From: an uncultured Nitrososphaerota archaeon
GTDB taxonomy: Archaea; Thermoproteota; Nitrososphaeria; Nitrososphaerales; Nitrosopumilaceae
Length of the DNA stretch: 64,000 nucleotides
NCBI GenBank assembly: GCA_963824385.1
Contig: CAWGPD010000004.1
Location: 384,001 to 448,000 of the forward strand
Reading direction: 5' to 3'
Position numbers and translations under genes: made by a program. Numbering within the stretch: position 1 is the first letter of the stretch; every line of letters begins with the position of its first letter. This document shows positions 19,799-30,675 of the stretch, in pieces. The notes below the pieces were generated by a model that was not told the origin of the DNA, did no database searches, and worked only from the letters and a program-made list of their open reading frames with translations.

Positions 19799-20479
19799 AT
19801 GTCAACTAAGGTCTGTGTAACAATCGCAGAGTCTAACCCTAGAAAAATTGTTAAAGAGATGAAGAAGGCTCTTGCAGACTCGGACTATGTAGAGATTAGA
19901 CTTGATTTTTTAAAACCAAATCAAATTCCTTTTTGTTTATCCCTGTCAAAAAAATATCTCAATCGTTGCATATGTACAGTACGGCCAACTACAGAGGGAG
20001 GAAAATTTCAAGGTACTGAAAAAGAAAGAATCTCCATATTAAAATTAATTTCTGAGTTTGATCCATATCTTTTAGATGTAGAGTATAACACATTAAGAAA
20101 AAATCAAGGATTGCAAAAATATCTCAAAAGCACCAGAACTAACATACTTGTATCATGGCACGACTTTGTAAAAACGCCAAAGGAGCAAACTCTTAGAGTA
20201 ATGCTTCAGAGAATGTCCAAGTTTTCAAACAATGTCAAAATTGTTACTACTGCAAAGACAATAGGTGATACTATCAGTATTCTTTCACTATACAAAAATC
20301 ATGCAAAGAAAATCAAGCTAGTTTGCTTTGCAATGGGAGATTATGGTAGAATGTCAAGAATATTGTGTACAAAGCTTGGGAGTCCTTACACATATGTTTC
20401 ACAAGGCAAACCAGTAGCCCCAGGTCAATTCAGCCTCAAGGAAATGAAAAGCATATTGGCGTTGGAAGGTAAAAGTTAG
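19799..20479 (+). CDS. aroD: Type I 3-dehydroquinate dehydratase
   Basis: EIRLD, EGG, VSWHDF, Schiff-base KIV, AMG..GRMSR, APGQ. Confidence 0.93.
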   Translation: MSTKVCVTIAESNPRKIVKEMKKALADSDYVEIRLDFLKPNQIPFCLSLSKKYLNRCICTVRPTTEGGKFQGTEKERISILKLISEFDPYLLDVEYNTLRKNQGLQKYLKSTRTNILVSWHDFVKTPKEQTLRVMLQRMSKFSNNVKIVTTAKTIGDTISILSLYKNHAKKIKLVCFAMGDYGRMSRILCTKLGSPYTYVSQGKPVAPGQFSLKEMKSILALEGKS

Positions 20480-20528
20480 AAAGATACTAGGGTTGCAATA
20501 GAGAGTATTTTACTATTCAATTATACTA

Positions 20529-20786
20529 TTAATCAGAGTTTTTTTCCAATAATCTTCTAACAAAATTAAATTCCGCTTTTTTAATTTTTGTAGAATCAGA
20601 AACTTCATGAGCCATATCTACAAGATCATCTTTGGTCAAATCAGTTACCACGGTATCTTCTTTTTCAGATTGAAGTGAGTAATCTATATCGTTTAAAACA
20701 TCCACATTTTCATCAAGTAGCTTAGCACAATCATCAAGCATATCGATAAATTCTTCCATATCGTCCAATACTTGATCAAAACACAT
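20529..20786 (-). CDS. Small acidic hypothetical protein
   Basis: 85-aa Asp/Glu-rich ORF. Confidence 0.5.
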   Translation of the reverse strand: MCFDQVLDDMEEFIDMLDDCAKLLDENVDVLNDIDYSLQSEKEDTVVTDLTKDDLVDMAHEVSDSTKIKKAEFNFVRRLLEKNSD

Positions 20787-20866
20787 TACATTAATTAATT
20801 AATCTGTGTTCATAGGCATCAAACTCAATGCCACCATTATTATAAAAGAAACAAGAAAAGTATACC

Positions 20867-21149
20867 ATGAAACTCAAGTCGTCTCAGAATAACACACCTA
20901 GAAACACAATAATTTTAGCTACAATTGTAACAATTCTATTAGGAGTATTTCGATTAGTGTTATTTTTGGTACTTGTTTGGATAGACTGCAATAGCATTCA
21001 TCATAGTTTACCAATACAGAGCATCTAGATCAAACACAGGAAATTTTGTTTGTCTAGATTGCGCTACAATCCATCAAGATTTAGCCTGCCCAAAATGCGG
21101 TTCAAAACTTAAGAAAATATATTCTAAAGACAACAAGTATGGAATTTAA
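20867..21149 (+). CDS. Membrane-anchored zinc-ribbon protein (apparent frameshift near 20985)
   Basis: Hydrophobic N-terminus, then in shifted frame IAFIIVYQYR...FVCLDCATIHQDLACPKCGSK. Confidence 0.55.
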
Positions 21150-21208
21150 CCTGTTACAGTTACTAGAAACGTCCATAATCGCTTAAATCACTATTCATCA
21201 AGTAAAAT

Positions 21209-22033
21209 ATGATGACAAAAACTTATGCAGTCATAGGAGATCCGATTGATCATTCGTTTTCGCCTGCACTACATAATGCAGCTTTTTTATTCACGGGTCT
21301 TGATTGCACCTATATCGCATATAGAATTCCAAAAGGAGAATTAGAGTTTGGAATTGAGGCCTTGAAGAAGATAAGCATTGCAGGATTCAATGTTACAATA
21401 CCCCACAAGGTTGACATGATGAAATTTCTTGATGACATGGATGATGAATGTAAATTGGTAGGAGCTACAAATACAGTAATCAATAATGCAGGATTCCTCA
21501 AGGGATACAATACAGATGTAGAAGGGTTCTTAGATCCTATAAAAAAGCGAAAAATTGATTCCAAAGATTCTGATGTTTTACTAATGGGGGCAGGTGGAGT
21601 TGCAAGAGCCATAATAGTTGGATTTGGCAAGGAAAAAGTTCGTAAAATCACTATTGCAAATAGGACTCGTGATAGAGCAGATGAATTGATCAAATTTGCC
21701 CAGAATCTAGGCATAGAATCAGATTACTTGGATCTTCAATCAGCTGGAGAGACTGCCAACAAATACAAATTTGTAGTAAATGCAACATCAGTTGGACTAA
21801 AAGGAATAGGCTGTCCCATATCTACAAAAAATATTAATCGTGATTGTATAGTATATGACATTGTCTATGTGCCAGTTGAAACTCCTTTAATCGAACAGTC
21901 AAAAAATCAAGGTGCGACGATCATATATGGATGGGAAATGCTTCTTGCTCAAGCAATGAAGTCATTTGAGATTTGGACTGGTAAGCAGGCCCCATACGAA
22001 GCCATGAAATTGACCTTACTTGGTAGGTTTTAG
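21209..22033 (+). CDS. aroE: Shikimate dehydrogenase
   Basis: GDPIDHSFSP, NVTIPHK, NTD, GAGGVA, NRT. Confidence 0.95.
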   Translation: MMTKTYAVIGDPIDHSFSPALHNAAFLFTGLDCTYIAYRIPKGELEFGIEALKKISIAGFNVTIPHKVDMMKFLDDMDDECKLVGATNTVINNAGFLKGYNTDVEGFLDPIKKRKIDSKDSDVLLMGAGGVARAIIVGFGKEKVRKITIANRTRDRADELIKFAQNLGIESDYLDLQSAGETANKYKFVVNATSVGLKGIGCPISTKNINRDCIVYDIVYVPVETPLIEQSKNQGATIIYGWEMLLAQAMKSFEIWTGKQAPYEAMKLTLLGRF

Positions 22034-22035
22034 AG

Positions 22036-22890
22036 ATGCGCAAAGCAAAAGCAAGCATGCATGGTGCAGTATCAATAGTAAACGCTATTGCTACAGGAAA
22101 GGGTTCCACCCTTGGCATATCATTAGGCATAGAGGCAATAGTAGAAACAGAACCTGGTAAAGGAATAATATTTGAAAATAGAGAGTCAAATCTTAGTTCT
22201 AGACTAATACGTAAAGTAGTTGAAACATCAGTTCCAAAATCTGAACTTGAAAAAAATAAAATAATAATTTCTGTAAAATCTGAAATTCCTTCAGGATATG
22301 GACTCAAAAGCTCAAGTGCCATTTCATCTGTAATATCGCTTGCATGTGCAAAATTATTTAATCCAAAAGCAACTGATCTTGACATTTTAAGATATGGAGT
22401 ACAGGCATCCATAGAATCCAAAGTAAGCATAACAGGAGCTTTTGATGACGCATGTGGGTGCTATTTTGGAGGATTTGTTGTAACAGATAATTCCAACATA
22501 AAAATAATAAAATCAGAAAAAGCACCCGAAGATTTGTCTGCAATAATATTTATTCCAAAGTCTAGAAGAAGAGGCAATGTGAAAAAATTAAAAATTCTAG
22601 AGGGAGTTTTTTCACAAGCATTGGATCTTGCAAGCAAGTCAGACTATTGGAATGCAATGATACTTAACGGTCTTGCTACATCTGCAATCTTAGGTTCTGA
22701 TCCAAAAATCATAACTGATCTCATAGATAGTGGAGCACTTGGTGCATCAGTATCTGGAAATGGACCTTCAATAGCTGCTATAGTAAAAAATGACAGAATA
22801 TCAAGTGTAAAGAAAGTATTCTCATCCTTAGAGGGAGGAACCATAGTTTCTCCAATAAACAATAGGAAGGCAGAAGTTTATGAAATGTAG
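22036..22890 (+). CDS. aroK: Archaeal shikimate kinase (GHMP family)
   Basis: VNAIATGKG, PSGYGLKSSSA, TGAFDDA, SGNGP. Confidence 0.95.
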   Translation: MRKAKASMHGAVSIVNAIATGKGSTLGISLGIEAIVETEPGKGIIFENRESNLSSRLIRKVVETSVPKSELEKNKIIISVKSEIPSGYGLKSSSAISSVISLACAKLFNPKATDLDILRYGVQASIESKVSITGAFDDACGCYFGGFVVTDNSNIKIIKSEKAPEDLSAIIFIPKSRRRGNVKKLKILEGVFSQALDLASKSDYWNAMILNGLATSAILGSDPKIITDLIDSGALGASVSGNGPSIAAIVKNDRISSVKKVFSSLEGGTIVSPINNRKAEVYEM

Positions 22891-24142
22891 TGTTGACAAG
22901 TCACGTCTTTCTGGTACCATAAGATGCCCTCCAAACAAGAGTTATTCTCATCGTGCTGTTTTTCTTGCCTCACTTGCAAATGGAAAAAGTACCTTGAGAA
23001 ACGTTTTACTGTCTAGAGACACTTTGGCAACAATTAATGCATGCAAAGTCTTTGGGGCAAAGATAGAGATTAACAATTCAACTGTAATAGTTGAAAGCAA
23101 AGGAGAAGTAATCCCACAGACTTGTGACATAGACGCATCAAATTCAGGCACTACAATTAGAATTTCAACTGCAATTGCATCTCTTTCAGATAATACAATA
23201 ACGCTCACTGGAGATTCAAGTCTAAAAAAGAGACCCATGCAACCACTACTTGATGCATTAGAGCAACTTGGAGTATTTTACACATCAACAGATGGCAAGC
23301 CACCAGTCACTGTGAAAGGAAAGGCAGTTGGTGGAACAACTCACATTTCAGGTTCGATTTCAAGCCAATTTATTTCCGCACTCTTGATTGCAGGTCCAAA
23401 GATGAAGAATGGACTTGCATTAGAAATTGATGGAGATCTAGTATCAAAGCCATATCTTGATTCCACCATTGCTACAATGAAAAAATTTGGTGTCACAGTT
23501 GATGTAATTTTACCATACAAAAAATACAATGTTGCAAATCAAGAATACAAATCTGCAGAGTTTGCAGTTCCTTCAGATTTCTCAAGTATGGCACTCTTAC
23601 TTTCTGCAGCAGTATTGTTAGGAGAAGATATGACAATTGAAGCATCCATTGGAGATCTACCACAAGGAGATCAAGAAATTATATCATATTTAGAAAAATT
23701 AGGTGTAAAAATAAACATGGGTGAAAAGATAACCATATCATCTCCAAAACTTCTCAATGGAGGAAAGTTTGATCTGTCAAACAATCCAGACCTCCTTCCG
23801 CCAATGGCAATTCTAGCTCTTAAGACATCAAAACCAATTGAGATTTACAATGTAAAACATGCACGATTTAAAGAAACAGACAGAATTGCAATTTTAGCAA
23901 AAGAACTTGCAAAGATTGGAGTCATAGTAACAGAAAAAGAGGACGGATTAATTCTACAAGCCCCAAAAATTCTAAAGAGTGCCGAATTAGATTCTTCTGA
24001 AGATCATAGACTATTCATGGCACTTTCCATTGCAGGCATGTTTGTTGGAAATTGTACTGTTACTGATCCTGATTCTGTAGATGTCTCATATCCAACATTT
24101 GTTGAAGATATGAAGAAAATTGGTGCAAAAATAATAGTTTGA
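22880..24142 (+). CDS. aroA: EPSP synthase
   Basis: KSYSHRA, NSGTTIR, RPM, SSQFISA, KETDRI, DHR. Confidence 0.95.
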   Translation: MKCSVDKSRLSGTIRCPPNKSYSHRAVFLASLANGKSTLRNVLLSRDTLATINACKVFGAKIEINNSTVIVESKGEVIPQTCDIDASNSGTTIRISTAIASLSDNTITLTGDSSLKKRPMQPLLDALEQLGVFYTSTDGKPPVTVKGKAVGGTTHISGSISSQFISALLIAGPKMKNGLALEIDGDLVSKPYLDSTIATMKKFGVTVDVILPYKKYNVANQEYKSAEFAVPSDFSSMALLLSAAVLLGEDMTIEASIGDLPQGDQEIISYLEKLGVKINMGEKITISSPKLLNGGKFDLSNNPDLLPPMAILALKTSKPIEIYNVKHARFKETDRIAILAKELAKIGVIVTEKEDGLILQAPKILKSAELDSSEDHRLFMALSIAGMFVGNCTVTDPDSVDVSYPTFVEDMKKIGAKIIV

Positions 24143-24225
24143 GAAAAGATAGATTTTTCAACAATTTCATCATATAGAGCCCTATTTCCTAGAAAGATTA
24201 TAAACGCGTAAAAGGAAATTTTATC

Positions 24226-25323
24226 ATGTCATCAAGTTCCATAGGACAGCGTTTTGTTTTTACAAGTTTTGGTGAAAGCCATGGAAGATGTATAGGTGCA
24301 ACAGTTGATGGATGTCCAGCAGGATTAGAGATTGAAGAAAAAGACATTCAGACTATGCTTGATTTACGCAAACCAGGCCAGTCCATCATTACAACCCAAA
24401 GAAAAGAGGATGATAAAGTAGAGATTCTTTCAGGAGTATACAAAGGATATACTACTGGAGCACCCATTACAATGATCATCTGGAATAAAGACCAGCATTC
24501 AATAGATTATGACAATCTAACTCTAAAACCAAGACCTGGTCATTCTGATTATCCAGCATATATCAAGTACAAAGGATTTAACGATATTAGAGGAGGAGGC
24601 AGATTTTCAGGAAGGCTAACAGTTACATTTGTCATGGCAGGAGCTATTGCAAGAAAACTTCTTTTGAAAACTTTGGGAATTGAGACTTTTTCCTATACAT
24701 GCCAAGTTGGAAATATAAAAATGAAAGAGCATGCATCGTTGAAAATGAAAAATTCCATATACAGTAATGAAGTGAGATGTCCAGATCCAAATATTGCAGG
24801 TAAGATGCGTCAGACAATTCTTGCAGCAAGACGAAGTGGAGATTCAGTGGGCGGTGTCATCGAATCATTAACAATGAACTTACCAGTAGGACTTGGTGAG
24901 CCCATTTTTGGCTCCCTAGAATCAGATTTGAGTAAAGCACTCTTTTCAATCCCTGCTGTAAAAGGGGTAGAATTTGGCTCTGGTTTTCATGGTTCCGCAT
25001 TACACGGTTCAGAAAATAATGATGAATTTCTAATTAAAAATGGGAAAATTCAAACCAAAACTAATAACGCTGGAGGAATTCTAGGAGGCATTTCCACAGG
25101 AATGCCAATTGTCTTGCGAGTTGCATTCAAACCAGCATCATCAATATCAAAAAAACAGCACACTGTTGATCTTAAAACAAAGAAACCATCTACTGTAATA
25201 GTTAAAGGAAGACATGATCCATGTGTAGTTCCTCGTGCACCCCCAGTAGTAGACTCGCTAGTATCAGTGGTACTTGCCGACCATGCAATTAGAGCAGGTT
25301 TTATTCCATTGGTCATCAGATAA
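24226..25323 (+). CDS. aroC: Chorismate synthase
   Basis: [26 protein letters not shown]. Confidence 0.96.
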   Translation: MSSSSIGQRFVFTSFGESHGRCIGATVDGCPAGLEIEEKDIQTMLDLRKPGQSIITTQRKEDDKVEILSGVYKGYTTGAPITMIIWNKDQHSIDYDNLTLKPRPGHSDYPAYIKYKGFNDIRGGGRFSGRLTVTFVMAGAIARKLLLKTLGIETFSYTCQVGNIKMKEHASLKMKNSIYSNEVRCPDPNIAGKMRQTILAARRSGDSVGGVIESLTMNLPVGLGEPIFGSLESDLSKALFSIPAVKGVEFGSGFHGSALHGSENNDEFLIKNGKIQTKTNNAGGILGGISTGMPIVLRVAFKPASSISKKQHTVDLKTKKPSTVIVKGRHDPCVVPRAPPVVDSLVSVVLADHAIRAGFIPLVIR

Positions 25324-25326
25324 GAA

Positions 25327-26697
25327 ATGACAGACATCAACAACTTGCGTGACAAAATAGACAAAATAACATTTGATATTCTAAAATTACTTAAAGAAAG
25401 AAATGATGTTGCAAAAGAAATTGGTAATTTAAAGAATAATCTAGGCATAGGAGTTACAGATGAAGAAAGAGAAAATCAACTTCGTGCAAGAGTCTTGACA
25501 TTATGCAAAGAGATAGGACTTGACGAAAAGACAGCCATGATAATGTTAAATTTCCTATTAAACGAATCTGTTAAAATTCAATCTTCAAACAAGCATACAC
25601 ATCTTGCAGTATTTTTGAAAGCAAAGAAAATGGAACAAGAAGGGAAAAAAATAATCCATATGGAGGTGGGCGAGCCAGATTTCTTACCACCAAAGATTGT
25701 CAAAGATGCACTCTCCGAAGTTTATGACATGGGGTATACAAAATATGGAGATTCAAAGGGAATGTCAGGATTTAGAGATGCACTTGCAAAGTATGTCACA
25801 GAAAAATTCCAAGTCAAAACATCATTGGAAAATATTTTAGTTTCCCCCGGAGCACGATTTTCCATATTTCTTGCAATTTCTAGCCTAATGAATCCAGGCA
25901 ATGAAATCATAATAATAGAACCAGCTTGGCCGGCATATCGTGATAATGCTCTTAATTCTGGAATAAAGATCAGAACTATTCACACTACACTTGAAGACAA
26001 GTGGGAGCCAAATATCAAAGATATAGAGAATGCAATAAATCAAAATACAAAGATGATAGTTCTCAACTATCCAAATAATCCAACTGGCAAGATTCTCCCA
26101 GTAAAATTACAAGATCAAATAATAGATTTAGCAGTTAAAAATGATCTGTATGTGTTAAGTGATGAGATTTACTCATCATATGCATACAAGTCATGGAAGA
26201 GTATACTTTCATATGGATATAACAAATCCATAGTTACACAGTCATTTTCAAAATCACATGCTATGACAGGCTTTAGAATCGGGTATGCAATATCCAGCCC
26301 CGATATAATAGAAAAAATGTCAAAGCTTCAGACTCTTGCATTAACAAATGTATCAGAACCAATCCAATACGTTGCCATGAAAGCATTAGAGGCAGATACA
26401 ACTAACAATACTAGAACCATTAAAAACAGAGTAGAATCAATATCAAAAAAAGCAAAAACAATGCAATTAGACTTTGTAGAGCCAGATGGTGCCATGTACA
26501 TATTTGCCAAGATAAGACAGGATAATTTTGATTCAGTAGATTTTACAAACAAACTTTTGGATGCAGGGGTTGCAATAGCACCAGGAGAAGGATTTGGCAA
26601 CTATCAAGGATTTGTTAGGATATCAGCCTGCCAGCCAGAAGATACACTTAATCAGGGAATGCAAATAATAGAGGACAGGTTAAAGAGTAAACAATGA
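25327..26697 (+). CDS. Chorismate mutase (AroQ)-class I aminotransferase fusion
   Basis: N-terminal LRDKIDKI...ER...IG..K...D.ERE; then VGEPDF, PNNPTG, DEIY, SFSKSHAMTGFRIG. Confidence 0.9.
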   Translation: MTDINNLRDKIDKITFDILKLLKERNDVAKEIGNLKNNLGIGVTDEERENQLRARVLTLCKEIGLDEKTAMIMLNFLLNESVKIQSSNKHTHLAVFLKAKKMEQEGKKIIHMEVGEPDFLPPKIVKDALSEVYDMGYTKYGDSKGMSGFRDALAKYVTEKFQVKTSLENILVSPGARFSIFLAISSLMNPGNEIIIIEPAWPAYRDNALNSGIKIRTIHTTLEDKWEPNIKDIENAINQNTKMIVLNYPNNPTGKILPVKLQDQIIDLAVKNDLYVLSDEIYSSYAYKSWKSILSYGYNKSIVTQSFSKSHAMTGFRIGYAISSPDIIEKMSKLQTLALTNVSEPIQYVAMKALEADTTNNTRTIKNRVESISKKAKTMQLDFVEPDGAMYIFAKIRQDNFDSVDFTNKLLDAGVAIAPGEGFGNYQGFVRISACQPEDTLNQGMQIIEDRLKSKQ

Positions 26698-27548
26698 AGA
26701 AGAAAATTGCCATAATTGGTGCTGAAGGTCAAATGGGAAAATGGTTCTCAAGGTATTTTCTTGAGAAAGATTATGACATAATTGGATATGACTCTGAAAA
26801 AGAGATTTTGAATAAATTAGTTACAAAGGCACAGTCACTTGTAGGTGCTATTTTAACAGCTGATTACGTTATTTTATGTATTCCAGTAAAACGTACACCT
26901 GAGACGATAAGACTCATTGCAAAAGAGATGAAGCGTGACTCTTATTTGATAGACATCTCTTCTCTTAAAACAAAAACTGCCGCTGCACTTTCCAAGATAC
27001 CAGACAAAGTAAACCCCATTTGCATCCATCCCATGTTTGGCCCTGGAACTAAGAAATTAAAAGGACAAAACATAATCTCAATCCCAATCAGGGATGCAAA
27101 AAAAGAGATGGCCGTAGCAAAATCATTGTTTGAAGAGGCAAGCTTTGTCCAGATAGATGCAGCAGAGCATGACAAGAAAATTGCAATTGTTCTTGGAATG
27201 CCTCACTTGGTAAATTTGGCACTTGCCAACATATTTGCAAAGGAAGAAAATTTCTCTCTAGTTGAAAAAATGGCAGGAACTACTTTCAAGGCTCAAAAAT
27301 ATCTCACTACTGGAATAATGACAGAACCACAAGAACTTATTGAAACAATAATTTCAAATCCTGAGATTAGAAGATACGCAGAAGAATTTTGGAAGGACAT
27401 AGGGAGAATGCTCATTTTGATTCAAGAGAATAAAACAGAGGAGATGATAAAATACATCTCAAGTGCCAAAGAAAGACTAGCCAAGAATGTAGATTTTGAC
27501 GAATCATACAAGAAACTTGTTACAATGGTAAATGCTGTAGAAAAATAA
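26694..27548 (+). CDS. tyrA: Prephenate/arogenate dehydrogenase
   Basis: IIGAEGQMG, DISSLK, HPMFGP, EHD. Confidence 0.92.
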   Translation: MKKKIAIIGAEGQMGKWFSRYFLEKDYDIIGYDSEKEILNKLVTKAQSLVGAILTADYVILCIPVKRTPETIRLIAKEMKRDSYLIDISSLKTKTAAALSKIPDKVNPICIHPMFGPGTKKLKGQNIISIPIRDAKKEMAVAKSLFEEASFVQIDAAEHDKKIAIVLGMPHLVNLALANIFAKEENFSLVEKMAGTTFKAQKYLTTGIMTEPQELIETIISNPEIRRYAEEFWKDIGRMLILIQENKTEEMIKYISSAKERLAKNVDFDESYKKLVTMVNAVEK

Positions 27549-27953
27549 TTGAAATCCACTAAAATTGTAACTTCTTTTTTAACTCAGGACGATCAGTATC
27601 TCATTTTAAAACGCAGTAGTAAGGTTAGGACAATGAAAGATCTTTGGGCAGGCATAAGTGGGATCATAGAAGGTAGTGAGGATCCGTTGTACAGGGCAAA
27701 AAAAGAGATTCTCGAAGAGACAAGTATTACAGAAAATCAAATTACATTGCTTAGAGCAGCATCCCAAATTAGAATAGATTCTCCCCAATATGCAAATCAT
27801 GAATGGTTGATCTTTCCATTTTTATTTTCTGTGAAAAAACCTCAAATTAGATTGAATTGGGAAAATTCAGAGTATCAGTGGATAGCCCCATCAGATATGA
27901 AAAAATTTCAAACGGTTCCAAGTCTTGAGAAAGTACTAGCTAGTCTGTTGTAA
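27549..27953 (+). CDS. NUDIX hydrolase
   Basis: ILKRS, Nudix box G-x5-E-x7-KEILEET, LNWEN. Confidence 0.85.
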   Translation: MKSTKIVTSFLTQDDQYLILKRSSKVRTMKDLWAGISGIIEGSEDPLYRAKKEILEETSITENQITLLRAASQIRIDSPQYANHEWLIFPFLFSVKKPQIRLNWENSEYQWIAPSDMKKFQTVPSLEKVLASLL

Positions 27954-29264
27954 TTTTTCTACTTCGGTTTTTGTAAATCTCTGTTGAGGAAGCATAATGT
28001 AAACACATGCTCCTCCACACATCGTACATGGAACTGTATTTCCTTTGAGCTGACCTGTTCTTGCATGAATGCGTGCTGCCTCTTCTGGATCAATTGAGAG
28101 TGCAATCTGTTTTTCCCAATTCAATGTTCTTCTTGCTTCAGTCATCTCCATATCCCATTTGATTGCCTTGTCTCTTAATTTGACAAGATCTCCAGCATGA
28201 GCTGCAATCCTATATGCAATAAGTCCAGCTTTTACTTCTTCGGCATTAGGCAATGCAAGATGTTCTGCAGGTGTTAGATAACATAGTAAATCAACTCCTT
28301 CACTTGCAGAGATTGCAGCACCTATTGCACTTGCAATATGATCATGTCCTGAAGCAACATCTGTTACAAGTGGCCCAAGAACATAATATGGAACCTCGCC
28401 AATTAGAGATTTTGCCAATCTAACATTGGCTGCAACTTCGTTGAGTGGTACATGTCCTGGTCCTTCAACCATCACTTGAACATCTTTTTCATGTGCAATT
28501 TTAGTAAGTCGTGAAATATTGATCATTTCCTGTACTTGGAGTTCATCGTGAGAATCAAGAATAGAACCTGGTCGTAGTGCATCTCCCAGACTAAAAGTAA
28601 CGTCATATTTTCTTGCAATCTCAATCAAATAATCAAAATGCTCAAAGTAAGGATTCTCCTTGTCATACTTTAACATCCATGCAGCTGTAATAGTGCCTCC
28701 TTTGCTTACGATGCCTCCGTGTCTTTTTACTGCAAGAATACGTTTTGCTATATCCTTAGTTATACCCGAATGAATTGTGGTATAATCAACTCCATCTTTT
28801 ACATTATGTTCAAAAGCATTTAGAAAATCATCCTCTGTGATGTCAAGTGGATTTTTGTGTTTTTCCACACCGTAATTATATGCCTCATAAACAGGAACTG
28901 TTCCAAAAGCAATAGGTGCAACTTCAAGTAGTTTTCTTCTATACAATCCCACATCACCTCCATCACTAAGATCCATGATGGTATCAGCATGATATTTTAT
29001 TGCGACCTGAGCTTTCTTGATCTCCTCTTCAAGATTCTGATTTAATGTAGAATTTCCAATGTTAACATTCACCTTAGTCTTCATGCCCTTTCCTATTCCA
29101 ACCACCCTAATTTTTTGCAGGCGAGTATTATTGTGAGGAATTATAATAGAACCGTTTGCAATTTTAGGAATAAGCCAATCCAATGTCACATCTTCATCAT
29201 GGGCAACTGCCTTCATTTCATCTGTGGCAACACCTCTTCGTGCTGCATTCATCTGTGTACTCAA
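27936..29264 (-). CDS. thiC: Phosphomethylpyrimidine synthase
   Basis: KVNVNIG, GTVPVY, EGPGHVP, TPAEHL, CTMCGGAC. Confidence 0.96.
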   Translation of the reverse strand: MSTQMNAARRGVATDEMKAVAHDEDVTLDWLIPKIANGSIIIPHNNTRLQKIRVVGIGKGMKTKVNVNIGNSTLNQNLEEEIKKAQVAIKYHADTIMDLSDGGDVGLYRRKLLEVAPIAFGTVPVYEAYNYGVEKHKNPLDITEDDFLNAFEHNVKDGVDYTTIHSGITKDIAKRILAVKRHGGIVSKGGTITAAWMLKYDKENPYFEHFDYLIEIARKYDVTFSLGDALRPGSILDSHDELQVQEMINISRLTKIAHEKDVQVMVEGPGHVPLNEVAANVRLAKSLIGEVPYYVLGPLVTDVASGHDHIASAIGAAISASEGVDLLCYLTPAEHLALPNAEEVKAGLIAYRIAAHAGDLVKLRDKAIKWDMEMTEARRTLNWEKQIALSIDPEEAARIHARTGQLKGNTVPCTMCGGACVYIMLPQQRFTKTEVEKLQQTS

Positions 29265-29319
29265 TTTACTATTTTTAGCGAGTAATTGGATTTAAACGTG
29301 AGTTTCTAAACCTAAGATC

Positions 29320-30627
29320 ATGCATGTGTTGTCAATTGCAGGTTCTGATCCATCCTCAGGAGCAGGCATTCAGGGAGACCTGAAGACATTTAGCTCATTT
29401 GGAGTAGATGGTCTAAGTGTAGTTACAGCAATTACTAGTCAGAATACATCAAGCTTTTTGGTGTAGAACCAGTTTCAAAATTACTTGTAAAAAGTCAGAT
29501 AAGGTCAATTCTAGAAGATTTTCACATAGATGCAATCAAGATAGGAATGGTTTACGACAAGCAAACTATTAGAGCAATACATTCAGAATTTGAAAAAATT
29601 AAAATTCCCATAATCCTTGATCCCATTTTCAAATCCACGACTGGTGGAATTCTACAAATGCAAAGTGCTTTTTCTGATTTCAAAAAGTTTCTAGTCCCTC
29701 TTTGCTATATAATCACTCCAAATATTATAGAAGCTGAGAAGATCTCAGGCATCAAGATAAAATCGTTAAAGGATGTGAAAAATGCCGCAATGAAAATTCA
29801 AAAAATGGGAGCAAAAAATGTGATAATAAAAGGCGGTCATTTTTTCAATGGAGACAAGGTCACAGATGTATTATTAGAAGATAAAAAATTTAGTATTTTT
29901 TCTCACACTAGACTAAAATTTGAAAGTCATGGAGGAGGATGTACTTTTTCAGCCGCTCTATGTGCAAACATTGCAAGAGGAAAAAAATTATCAGATGCAG
30001 TTGATTCTGCACGTCTTTTTACAGTAGAATCCATTAGAAACGCTACAAAGAGTGGAAGAGGCATACCAGTTATCAAAAGATCAAAGGGTGATGTGATTGA
30101 AAACCAGTTATCCAAAGCCATTTCAGAGTTTTGCTCAATTAAATCCATAAATGAATACATTCCAGAATGCCAAACAAATTTTGTATATTCCATATCAAAT
30201 CCAACAACTCTAAAAGATGTATTGGGGTTAGAAGGTAGAATTGTAAGAACTGGAAAGCTAGTAACAGTAGCAGGTCATCTCAAGTATGGAGGATCAAAGC
30301 ATATCGCATCAGCAGTATTAGAAATGGCAAGAAAATTTCCTTCCATAAGATCTAGTTTGAACATAAAGTATGATGAAAAGATAATCAAAAAATCAGTCTC
30401 CAAAGGATTGAAAGTTTCATCTTATGATAGAAGTGAAGAACCACTTGAGATTAGAGAAAAGGAGGGCAATACCATGTCATGGGGAATCAAGGTAGTCTAT
30501 AACAAATTTGAAAACTCCTCCAGATATTGTATTTCATAGAGGAGGTTTTGGAAAAGAAGCCATGATTTTAATTTTTGGAAAAAATCCAGCCGACGTATTA
30601 GGAAAAATTTCGAAGATATCAAGATAG
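29320..30627 (+). CDS. thiDN: Bifunctional HMP(-P) kinase / thiamine-phosphate synthase ThiN (apparent frameshifts near 29460 and 30495)
   Basis: [20 protein letters not shown] at 29320; [15 protein letters not shown]; ThiN motifs IPECQTN, GGSKHIA, GGFGKE. Confidence 0.9.
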
Positions 30628-30675
30628 AATTGTTTCATCCTTCAACATAAATACCAGAAATTTAGAATAAAATAC

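Noticed and set aside
29265..29319. TPP riboswitch between thiC and thiDN
   Set aside because: Only 55 bp, AT-rich, no CUGAGA motif; just a divergent promoter.
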